From contig SCSX01000036.1 in NCBI GenBank assembly GCA_004297825.1, positions 172,680-236,679 on the forward strand: a stretch of 64,000 nucleotides of DNA, in the 5' to 3' direction. This document shows positions 49,443 to 61,032 of the stretch, one piece after another. Position numbers and translations under genes: made by a program. The number at the start of each line of letters is the position of its first letter. Position 1 is the first letter of the stretch. The notes beneath the pieces are model-generated. The model ran no database searches. It saw only the letters and a list, made by a program, of their open reading frames with translations, and was not told the DNA's origin. The DNA is from Spirochaetota bacterium. Its GTDB lineage: Bacteria; Spirochaetota; UBA4802; UBA5368.

Positions 49443-49516
49443 GGGCCTGTAGCTCAGTTGGTTAGAGCGTGCGACTGATAATCGCAAGGTCGGTGGTTCG
49501 ACTCCACTCAGGCCCA
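49443..49516 (+). tRNA. tRNA-Ile(GAT)
   Basis: GGGCCTG acceptor/CAGGCCC-A, anticodon loop CTGATAA, GGTTCGACTCC; CCA not encoded. Confidence 0.96.
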
Positions 49517-49547
49517 ATTCGACAAGGTTCTTTGCAAGCTTGAATTG

Positions 49548-49620
49548 GGGGGTGTAGCTCAGTTGGGAGAGCGACTGCCTTGCACGCAGTAGGTCATCGG
49601 TTCGAACCCGTTCACCTCCA
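49548..49620 (+). tRNA. tRNA-Ala(TGC)
   Basis: GGGGGTG/CACCTCC-A, anticodon loop CTTGCAC, GGTTCGAACCC. Confidence 0.96.
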
Positions 49621-49730
49621 GATGCAGAAGTTGAAATAACTCTGCTATGTTCTTTGAAAATTGTAATAGTCCGAGCACAAACACAAGTACGAGCGACCTG
49701 GTTTGCTGAAAACAGCAGACGAAATAATAT

Positions 49731-52748
<3,018 letters not shown>

Positions 52749-52749
52749 T

Positions 52750-52786
52750 AAAAACCCCGATGGAATTTTTTCCATCGGGGTTTTTT
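52750..52786 (+). terminator. Rho-independent terminator directly after 23S
   Basis: AAAAACCCCGATGGA-ATTTTT-TCCATCGGGGTTTTTT. Confidence 0.92.
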
Positions 52787-52789
52787 CAT

Positions 52790-53136
52790 GTGCGCACGGT
52801 AGGGCGCACGCTTGGTGGTGAAAGTCCACTACGGAGGCTGATAGCACCAACCGTTAGCTCAAGGCACCAGAAGTAGGCGCTTGAGGCGAGGGTGTCCATC
52901 GCGAGGTGGCCGGCTTTCTGCCTCGGCCGGCATTAGTGCGTCCATGCACGTCAGAATCCGAAGGAAGCCGGCGGCAAAGTCTCGGCCCGACGAACAGGCA
53001 AGCCGTTTTTGTGCGTCCTGCACCGGTCTTGCACGCCGCCTTCATGGCGGCAGAAATCACATGAGGCCGGTCAGACCGGGCGAGTTTGCCTAACAAAACG
53101 AAGCCCTATGCTATCAAGGGTCTGGCAGGTAGATGT
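52790..53136 (+). mobile_element. Truncated class IIC group II intron (5' end/domain I only, no RT)
   Basis: GTGCG 5' end 3 nt after the terminator U-tract; GGTGAAAGTCC, GGGTGTCC, GAATCCGAAGGAAGC, GGCAAA, GAGTTTGCCTAACAAAACGAAG match IIC domain I as I recall it; no DV/DVI or RT ORF downstream. Confidence 0.82.
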
Positions 53137-53156
53137 TCCCATCCGTGGTGGTTGCA

Positions 53157-53243
53157 AATTTCGCGGAGAAGATATGGTGCAGGATATGGAGGGAGTGCTC
53201 GCTCTACAAGGGGTATTTCCGGCCCATGAAGCGGGGGCCGTAG
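53157..53243 (+). repeat. Dispersed block A, copy 2 (NFAEKIWCRIWRECSLYKGYFRPMKRGP*)
   Basis: 23/27 codons encode the same residue as 25775-25855. Confidence 0.8.
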
Positions 53244-53370
53244 ACATTTCTGATTTCTGTGCGATTCCGATTATGGTTTGACTTTTCATCGCCTTTTCTT
53301 AATATTTTAGAAACGGTCAGGGGCCGTTTTATTCAGTCTTTTAAAAAAAGCGCGATTTTGGGGTTTTAGC

Positions 53371-53450
53371 AAATTTTAAGCCTCTAGCCTGGGGGCTTTT
53401 TGTCGGGGAAGGGCAGCTTCATTATGGAGAACATTACCGAAAAACCGGTT
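53371..53450 (+). repeat. Dispersed block B, copy 2 (overlaps the ECF start)
   Basis: TTTTAAGCCTCTAGCCTGGGGGCTTTTTG identical to the start of 54546-54656. Confidence 0.85.
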
Positions 53451-54224
53451 CTCTCACAAGAGCACTTTGCCGAAATCTACACAGACAATTTCAACAAGGT
53501 TTTCTCCTTTTCGCTTCGTATTGTCGGTGACACGCATCTTGCTGAAGATATTACCCAAGAAACGTTTATTCAGGTATATCATAACTACCACACATTCAGA
53601 GAAGAAAGTTTGCTTAGCACATGGATTCTGACAATCACCCGGAACATCTGCTATCGCAATATCAGGAAGGCTAAAAGAAGTTCGTTCCGTTCGATCGAAA
53701 ATCTGATCAAAACAAAAAGTTCACCATATCATGAATCCCCGGATGGTATGTTTGAGAAACAATATTATACCGATCAGATCAAGGAAGGATGCCTGCTCGG
53801 ACTTCTGAGATCTCTCTCATTCTTCCAGCGCAGCGCCTTTATTCTTAATGTTCTGAACGATCTTCCCGTAACCGTGGTTTCGACGATTCTTGAAAAATCG
53901 GATAATTCCACGCGGATTCTGATCCATAGGGCGAGACACAATCTAAAGAATTTTTTGTGCGGCAATTGTTCTCTTTATCAGAAGGGGAATGCTTGCCGAT
54001 GCGAAAATCTGATCGAGTTCTCACTTAAACAAGGATGGATAAAAAAGTATAATCCCGCGATTCCGATTAAAAAGGTCGAACAAGAACTCAAGGAGTTCAA
54101 AGACGAAATTCTCCTTTATAAAACACTCCCCGACAACGGCGCTGACGAAACGCTTGCCGCTCGATGCGCGACGATGATAAAAAATCACGCTTCAATAATA
54201 TTTTCCGACAAAAAAGTGAAATAA
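53424..54224 (+). CDS. ECF RNA polymerase sigma factor with Cys-rich C-terminal extension
   Basis: AEDITQETF, STWILTITRN, IHRARHNL, CGNCSL...CRC; AT-rich. Confidence 0.9.
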   Translation: MENITEKPVLSQEHFAEIYTDNFNKVFSFSLRIVGDTHLAEDITQETFIQVYHNYHTFREESLLSTWILTITRNICYRNIRKAKRSSFRSIENLIKTKSSPYHESPDGMFEKQYYTDQIKEGCLLGLLRSLSFFQRSAFILNVLNDLPVTVVSTILEKSDNSTRILIHRARHNLKNFLCGNCSLYQKGNACRCENLIEFSLKQGWIKKYNPAIPIKKVEQELKEFKDEILLYKTLPDNGADETLAARCATMIKNHASIIFSDKKVK

Positions 54225-54271
54225 ACTCCGGCTCACAGTATCCAACGATTATCATATCAGAGGAGCGCATA

Positions 54272-54544
54272 ATGAAATATCTAGTGAGAGTCAGAGTGAA
54301 CCTGGTGACCATGACGGAATTCGGCCAAAGGCTTCAGAAAGGCGAACTCGATAGAAGCTGCATACGAGGTGAGACCTTTTGTCTTGAAGACGATCCCGCT
54401 GTGGGATTCAGCGTCTGGGAAGCTGAATCGGACGAAAAGTTCGACTCTGTGTTTAAATCGTGGAAACCATATTAGCTAGAGGTTGAAGTCAGAAAAGTAA
54501 TTACACCTATCGAGGCAATGCAATCGCTTCTGTCACAAAAATAA
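54272..54544 (+). pseudogene. Small hypothetical gene interrupted by an in-frame TAG (54473-54475)
   Basis: GAGGAG RBS; MKYLVRVRV...WKPY*LEVEVRKVITPIEAMQSLLSQK*. Confidence 0.55.
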
Positions 54545-54545
54545 T

Positions 54546-54656
54546 AATTTTTAAGCCTCTAGCCTGGGGGCTTTTTGCCGGGAAGGGAAGCTTCATTACG
54601 GAGAACACTTCCGAGAGGCTGGTTTATGTTGGAAAGCTATCACCCTTGTGAGGACG
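54546..54656 (+). repeat. Dispersed block B, copy 3
   Basis: See copies at 26547 and 53371. Confidence 0.85.
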
Positions 54657-54691
54657 CAGTTTACTATATCATATCATCAGAGGAATGCAGC

Positions 54692-55150
54692 ATGAATGTA
54701 TCGGGAGGAATTCGATTATTTTTAAAAGTCTTTTTTCTGCGGGCGGGATTAATGCTTTCGGTCTTGCCGATTTGCTGCTCCACGACCCTGCAGCAGGAAC
54801 CGGCCCGGGCCGAGAACCCTCTTGCGGGTACGTGGCGTTACGAGGAATGTACAATCAAGAACACCAGCGTGCGGGGAACGATAAGCTTTTCCCCAGGCGG
54901 GAACATGCAGATCGACGCTGTTGCCCGCGACGACTGCCCGGTACCGAAAATTTCCGGGAGGTACAATTACCGTGTTCAAGGAAACGTCCTGAAAACCGAT
55001 TACGACAAGGGCTATGGCTTGAGTCCCTTTTTTCTGGTGAAGGGCGACTACCTGTATTTTTCCAGGGTCGAAATCAAGGAACCGTTTGAGGAATGGGACG
55101 GCGGGCGCCTGAACGCCAATTGGATTTTCAAGCTGAAAAGGGAACGATAG
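54692..55150 (+). CDS. Putative lipoprotein (lipocalin-like beta-barrel)
   Basis: Hydrophobic segment ending PICC, NPLAGTWRY motif. Confidence 0.65.
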   Translation: MNVSGGIRLFLKVFFLRAGLMLSVLPICCSTTLQQEPARAENPLAGTWRYEECTIKNTSVRGTISFSPGGNMQIDAVARDDCPVPKISGRYNYRVQGNVLKTDYDKGYGLSPFFLVKGDYLYFSRVEIKEPFEEWDGGRLNANWIFKLKRER

Positions 55151-55287
55151 GTATGCGGAAACAAAGATAAGACTAAGGCTGTCCCGTGTCACAGTCCTGG
55201 CTATGACCGAAGGGACCGAATTGTGGAATCGAGTGGCGCACGCCCGTTGTAAGGATGAAGTTGAAAAGGACCGCTCCGCGCCGCAGC

Positions 55288-56280
55288 TCACGAAGGTATA
55301 AAATTTTCAGGCCGCACCTGGTGCAGGCTGACCGCCCCGGGCACGCAGTGGCTCGCGCACAATCCGCACCCGATACAGCTTTCCTTTGCCGCCGCGATTC
55401 CATCGGTCCCGATAGCGATCGCGCCCACGGGACAGATGTCCGCGCACACTCCGCACGAGGTACAATCGGGGGAGCTGACCGCGGCGATGAACCTGCTGGG
55501 TGCAAGCACGCTGCTCGCTTTCGCCGTGTTCGCGAGACGGAGCATTTCGCAGCAGCAGGTGCAGCAGTTGCAGATCGCGTTGCCCATCCCCGCCTTGTTT
55601 TCGACCATGTGGACCAGGCCGGCGTCTTCCGCTTTTCGTAAAATGGCGAGGGCCTCCCGCGCATCGATCTCCCTGCCGGTTCCGCGCTTTATGGTGTACT
55701 CGGCGCCCTTGTTGATCTGGATGCATGCCTCGAGCGGCGAGTCGCAGTTCTTTTGCGACAGGCGGCATACGCAGGGAACGACCGCGATGCGCTCCGACTG
55801 TTCGATCAGGCGGACGGCGTCCTCGAAGGGAAGCACGCCGCTTTGGGGTTCCAGGGTTCTATTTACGGGGATCACGCGCATGAACGCGGGAAGCTTGACG
55901 GCGGCGGCAAGCTCCACGAGCTGGTTGTAGTCGGTATCCATGAATTCGACCCAGAGCTTCGAAAAACCGGGAGGCGCCTCCGCCCAGAGAAGCGACGAGT
56001 CGTGAAACTGGACGACATGCCGCGGCATGCGGTAAATAATGGCGCCGGCCTTAACCGCCTCGAAGGCCGCGCCCCGGTGGAACAGGGATGCGAGTATTTC
56101 TCCCACGCGCGCCGGATCGATCCCCGTCCGGGCCGAAAGATCCTCAGGGGTTCCGGGCATCGCGTTAAGGACGAGGGCCTCTTCCTCGCTCGCGACCAGC
56201 TCCCAGATGCGCGCGAGCAGCGATGAATTTTCCAGCATGAGCTTTTTGCAGAGTTCCCGATATATGCCCGTCGCCGTCAT
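55288..56280 (-). CDS. 4Fe-4S dicluster-binding protein
   Basis: PCVCR, ICNCCTCCC, CTSCGVCADICP, CIGCGLCASHC. Confidence 0.9.
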   Translation of the reverse strand: MTATGIYRELCKKLMLENSSLLARIWELVASEEEALVLNAMPGTPEDLSARTGIDPARVGEILASLFHRGAAFEAVKAGAIIYRMPRHVVQFHDSSLLWAEAPPGFSKLWVEFMDTDYNQLVELAAAVKLPAFMRVIPVNRTLEPQSGVLPFEDAVRLIEQSERIAVVPCVCRLSQKNCDSPLEACIQINKGAEYTIKRGTGREIDAREALAILRKAEDAGLVHMVENKAGMGNAICNCCTCCCEMLRLANTAKASSVLAPSRFIAAVSSPDCTSCGVCADICPVGAIAIGTDGIAAAKESCIGCGLCASHCVPGAVSLHQVRPENFIPS

Positions 56281-56379
56281 GGCCCGCCTCCAGGATATTT
56301 TCATCAAGTGTGGTACGTGAATGAAGCCAAGTCAAATGCTATATCGCGAATCGGACCCCGGACGGCTTCCACGTGGGGT

Positions 56380-56982
56380 TTAGAGATTTTCTTCTGCAAG
56401 CGTATCAAGGATCTCGCGCATTTTTTGAATCGCCCGGGAGCGATGGCTCAAGGTGTTTTTTACCGCGAGCGGAATTTCCGCCATCGTCCTGCCCAGCTCC
56501 GGGACCAGGAATATCGGATCATACCCGAACCCGCCTTCACCCCGGGGCCCGGCGGTGATGACGCCATCGCAGGCACCCCGTGCGTGATACACCCTGCCGT
56601 CGGGCAGGGCAAGCGCCAGGTCGCATTCGAAATGCGCGGTCCTCTTCGCCTCGGGGACTCCCGCCATTCTTTCGAGGACAAGGATGCAGTTGTCGGTGTC
56701 GCTCGCGCCGGGTCCGCCATAGCGCGCGGAGTACACGCCCGGTTCGCCGCCAAGCGCATCGACGACGAGTCCCGAGTCGTCGGCGAGGGACGGGAGACCC
56801 GTATACGCGCAGACCGCTTTCGCTTTTTTCTCGGCGTTTTCCGCGAAGCTCCGCCCGTCCTCGACCACCTCCGGCATGGTGTCGAAGTTCGCAAGCGACA
56901 GGATCTCAACGGGCAGATCCCTGAGACGTTCCAGTATTTCGGCGATTTTTCCCTTATTTTTTGTTGCAATTACCAGTTTCAT
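56380..56982 (-). CDS. rdgB: Non-canonical purine NTP pyrophosphatase (RdgB/HAM1)
   Basis: ATKNKGK, DDSGL, PGVYSARY, GFGYDPIF, KNTLSHR. Confidence 0.95.
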   Translation of the reverse strand: MKLVIATKNKGKIAEILERLRDLPVEILSLANFDTMPEVVEDGRSFAENAEKKAKAVCAYTGLPSLADDSGLVVDALGGEPGVYSARYGGPGASDTDNCILVLERMAGVPEAKRTAHFECDLALALPDGRVYHARGACDGVITAGPRGEGGFGYDPIFLVPELGRTMAEIPLAVKNTLSHRSRAIQKMREILDTLAEENL

Positions 56983-57042
56983 AGTGTTCATTATGTCGTT
57001 TGGAATCTTTTAAATCCCGCTTGTCGGCGGTATACTTAGACC

Positions 57043-59097
57043 ATGAAGCTGGGCTACTTTTTCAAGATATCGCTCTTTTTCTTCCCGGACATGGTGCTTC
57101 TTGTCTACCTGTATTTCCTGTTCAGGTCGGAAAATTTACTGCGCGCTCCCCTGTTCATCGCCGTCTTCCTGCCCGTATTCCTGCTCCTTGTCGTCCAGGC
57201 TTCGATCCTGTACCTGCTGAGCGACCGGTTATATTTCCGGAAGCTCAGGGATATCGGGGAGGTGATCAAGGAGTACAAGAAGGGGAGATTTTTCGCGTCC
57301 GCGAAGGCGATGGAAGGCCGCGACGAGCTTTCCCAGCTGTTCAACGAGCTGGCGATCATGGGCAAGCACATGGACGATATCGTCTCGACGCAGAAGAACG
57401 AGATCGACCAGCTGCGCGAGATGTACAACAACGTGGTGTTCTCGATCACCTCGTACTTCCTGGTGCTGGGCGAAAAAAACGATATCGTCTTCGCGAACGA
57501 CAGCTTCTGCAATAAATTCCAGTACGACCGGGACGAGATATACGGGAAGCGGATCGACGAGGTGTTCGTCTTCCTCACCGGGAGGATTCTCGAATCCGTC
57601 GGGCAGGTGAAGGTTGAGGGCGGAACCACCATCCTTGAAAAGACGCACCTTCTTTCGCGCAACCGCATCAGCGTGATCGCCGATATTAAATTTTCCAGGA
57701 TCGACCAGCGCGGCGCGAGCCAGATAATCATGGTCATCGACGACATCACGAGCCGGTGCCGGAAGGACTACCAGATAAGCCTGATAAGCCAGATCTCCGA
57801 GTCGATACAGCGCGACTCCGAAATCGATACGGTTCTTTATACGATTCTCACGGGGGTGACCTCCGGTTCGGGACTGGGATTCAACCGTGCAATGCTCCTG
57901 CTCGTCGACGGATCCTCGAAGGCGCTCGCGGGAAAGATGGCCGTGGGCCCGGATTCGCTGGACGAGGCCATCGAGATATGGAGCAATCTCCCCTCGGGCA
58001 GGCTGAACGTCCTCTCGCAGCTCAAGGAGAGGGGCGAGCAGCCGCGCAAGGGGCTGAATCTCCTGCGCAAGGTGCTCACGGCCCATTTCCCCCTGGACGA
58101 AGGGAACCTGCTCGTCATGGCGATGCGCGGGGTGGAGAATATACATGTCCTCGACGCGGCGCGGGACGAACGTGTGGACCAGGAGCTGCGCGACTTTGCC
58201 GATGTGAATGAGTTCGTCGTGGTGCCGCTCGTCGCGGGGAATAAGACGATCGGCGTGATCATGGCCGACAACAAGTTCAACCAGATGCCCATAGGCAACG
58301 ACAGCATCGAGCTGCTCTCCATTTTCGCCTTCCAGGCCTCCCTCTCCATAGAAAGCTACAACAACCTTTCGCTCATGAAGAAGGAGATGGAAAAGCTCAC
58401 CGACCGCCAGGAGGCGATCGTGGAATCGGAAAAGCTTGCCGCGGTGGGGCGCATCGCGTCGCACATTGCGCACGAGATCCGCAACCCGCTCGTGACCGTG
58501 GGGGGATACGCGCGGCGCGTGGCCCAGCTCTCGCGCGGGGGAATCAAAAAGGAAGAGATGATATACAGCGCGGCCCAGGTAATCCTGAAGGAATCCGAAA
58601 GGCTCGAGAAGGTGCTCTCGAACGTCATGGATTTCACGCGTCCGGCGCCCTACATACGCGAATTCAACAGCGTGAACGACGTCATACACGACACGGTGGA
58701 CCTGCTGCGCAACCTTTTCCAGGAGAGACGCCTCGAAATCCGGCTTAACCTGATGGAAGACGTTCCCCTCGTGAAATCCGATTTCAACCAGATGAAACAG
58801 GTGATGCTCAACCTGTTACAGAACGCGATCGATATCACGCAGGGCGGCGGCGCGATAGAAATCGCGACGTGCGTAAAGGAAAAGCGCGTGCAGATCGCGG
58901 TCCGCGACACCGGGCCCGGTATACGGCCCGACGACCTGGACAAGCTCTTCGAGCCCTTCTTTACGACCAAGGTCACCGGGGTGGGGCTGGGACTGGCGAT
59001 CGTAAAAAAAATCATCACCGACCACGGGGGCGACATCATCGCGTCGAACCGGCCGGAGGGTGGGGCGGAATTCCTGATTTCGCTGGAGCTGCCCTGA
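57043..59097 (+). CDS. Membrane sensor histidine kinase (HAMP-like/PAS/GAF)
   Basis: 2 TM, GLGFNRAML GAF, AHEIRNPL, DTGPG, GVGLGLAI. Confidence 0.93.
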   Translation: MKLGYFFKISLFFFPDMVLLVYLYFLFRSENLLRAPLFIAVFLPVFLLLVVQASILYLLSDRLYFRKLRDIGEVIKEYKKGRFFASAKAMEGRDELSQLFNELAIMGKHMDDIVSTQKNEIDQLREMYNNVVFSITSYFLVLGEKNDIVFANDSFCNKFQYDRDEIYGKRIDEVFVFLTGRILESVGQVKVEGGTTILEKTHLLSRNRISVIADIKFSRIDQRGASQIIMVIDDITSRCRKDYQISLISQISESIQRDSEIDTVLYTILTGVTSGSGLGFNRAMLLLVDGSSKALAGKMAVGPDSLDEAIEIWSNLPSGRLNVLSQLKERGEQPRKGLNLLRKVLTAHFPLDEGNLLVMAMRGVENIHVLDAARDERVDQELRDFADVNEFVVVPLVAGNKTIGVIMADNKFNQMPIGNDSIELLSIFAFQASLSIESYNNLSLMKKEMEKLTDRQEAIVESEKLAAVGRIASHIAHEIRNPLVTVGGYARRVAQLSRGGIKKEEMIYSAAQVILKESERLEKVLSNVMDFTRPAPYIREFNSVNDVIHDTVDLLRNLFQERRLEIRLNLMEDVPLVKSDFNQMKQVMLNLLQNAIDITQGGGAIEIATCVKEKRVQIAVRDTGPGIRPDDLDKLFEPFFTTKVTGVGLGLAIVKKIITDHGGDIIASNRPEGGAEFLISLELP

Positions 59098-59246
59098 GCC
59101 GCCCGGTACCGCTTACGAAAAAGCGACAGGCTGCGGCATGAAAATAGCGGTCTTCGCCGATACGCACGGCAACGGGCGCGACCTCCCGGACGCACTGCGC
59201 GCTCACGGCGATTACGATGCGTTGATACACCTTGGCGACGGAGCGC

Positions 59247-60233
59247 CTACCTGTCCTTGATCGAATCCGCGAAATCCATCACGCAGTTGTTGCGGTACGT
59301 CTTGTGCGGCTTGATCGAAACGCCCACGAAGTTCACGTTCTTCTCGAATATGTTTTTCCGGTGGCCGCGGCTGGGCACCCCGTCGTCTATAAGCAACTGG
59401 AGCATGATCTCGAGCGGGTCGGCGGCCCCGTACGAGCAGTTTTCCCACGGGCCGGTGTAGGGGCCGGTGAAGTCGCCGTATTTTTTTACGCGGGCCGCCG
59501 CGTCCGCGCCGGACGAGCTCGTGTGGCCCGTTCCCCCCGTAGATCCCATGTCGGTCGCGTGATCGCGTGCCGCGAGCGAAAGCGCCTTCGAGGGCGCGAG
59601 TGTATGAAGAGGTTTCGCGGCGAGCATTTCGTTGTAGCACTCAAGGGCATAGCCTCCCGATTCCTTGCGCGTGCCGAGATACATGCGCGCGAAGAGCGGG
59701 GGATTGCTGCGCGCCTTGTTGAGGAAAAGCACCACGTCCTTCTCGGGTCCCGAAAGGTAGGTTTCCCCGCGCGCGGTGTCGAGCGCTGCGATGTCCCAGC
59801 CCGTGAGCTTTTCGGCCTGTGAATCGGTGACGGGCTTGCCGCCGGTCACGTTCACGGTGAGCGCGCCCGCGGTGGCAAGGTGCGCGTAGTTCCCGCGGTT
59901 GGGATAGAGGACGAGCCTGCCGGAGACCGGGCTCGTGTAGGTCAGGCCGTCGGTGACCGTGAATTCCGGGCCGCCCTCCACGCGGCCGATAAGCTGGCCC
60001 AGGTAGAACGAGCCCACTTTCTTGAACGAGGTGTGCCCATTGTAATCCACCGGCGCCCACCGGTCCCACATGGTCCAGGTCCCCTTGACGGCAAACGTGA
60101 TCTTTTCGGCTTTCTCCACCCAGACGGGGTACGGTTTCGCGCCCTGGGAGGAATCCACGGTGAGCTTATCGGCGGCAAATGCGACCGTTACCGCGAGGGT
60201 CACAAGTATGGTCAGGGCTACACGCATTTTCAT
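59247..60233 (-). CDS. Exported CAP (SCP) domain protein with N-terminal beta-sandwich
   Basis: Signal peptide; AARDHATDM..GHTSS, ENCSYG, DDGVPSRGHRKNIF. Confidence 0.88.
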   Translation of the reverse strand: MKMRVALTILVTLAVTVAFAADKLTVDSSQGAKPYPVWVEKAEKITFAVKGTWTMWDRWAPVDYNGHTSFKKVGSFYLGQLIGRVEGGPEFTVTDGLTYTSPVSGRLVLYPNRGNYAHLATAGALTVNVTGGKPVTDSQAEKLTGWDIAALDTARGETYLSGPEKDVVLFLNKARSNPPLFARMYLGTRKESGGYALECYNEMLAAKPLHTLAPSKALSLAARDHATDMGSTGGTGHTSSSGADAAARVKKYGDFTGPYTGPWENCSYGAADPLEIMLQLLIDDGVPSRGHRKNIFEKNVNFVGVSIKPHKTYRNNCVMDFADSIKDR

Positions 60234-61032
60234 GGGTTCCTTCCTGCGTTTTCGGGATAAATGGTGCCGGTGCCCATCGAATAAAAAAATCCGGATAAAA
60301 TCCACAAATTTTTTTTCGAAACCGAATTCGCATTCGTATAAGGAGCAGTGAGTTTGATGGAACTCCTTATAGAGGGTGTGACTTGAACGCGTTGTTTCTT
60401 ACCTCCGTTATGGCCGTATCCTGCGCGGGATTGCTCTTATCGAGCGGTTCCCGCGCGGATGCGGCCTTTTTTTATGCGCCGGATGCCGGGGAATGCGCGA
60501 ATCGAGCGGACCCGATCTACCTCGCGGATGAAGCGGGGGGAACATGCGGCGCGGCCGTCGCCGGGAATGAGACGGGCATGCGTGTTACCCGGCTGGACGT
60601 ACATGCCGCTGTTATGCGGACCGATTCTGAGCTTGAAGGTGCATATTGTCCCTTCATACTGCGGGAATCGCCCGGCCGGAGTAATCTTCTCGCGGCCGGG
60701 GAGTCGCACCCATTCGTCCGAGGAAACGAACGATGCTGTGCCGGCCCGGGAAACAGGGCCCGAGTTGCGAGGCCGCGCCCCGGGGGACCGCGCATCGGCG
60801 CGCGGCGGATGCTGGAAGTTTCGCCGTGTCCCGAGCGGTGCCATTATCGTCTCATCGAGCGTGGACGGAAGGGGGCCATTCCTGTAGTCGGCATGTGCCT
60901 TCCCGGCACGACCCGTCCGAAATCCCGATTCACCACCGATGGCGTCGCCGCTTCGCGAGGGCGTTATCGGTCCCCCCGTCCCCGTCGCTCCTTTGTTGAA
61001 TTCCGCATAACAAGCAAACCGGAGGAATCCAG

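Noticed and set aside
53371..55150. Classical integron cassette array
   Set aside because: There is no integrase, and block B lacks the RYYYAAC...GTTRRRY attC structure; it is reported only as an unexplained repeat.
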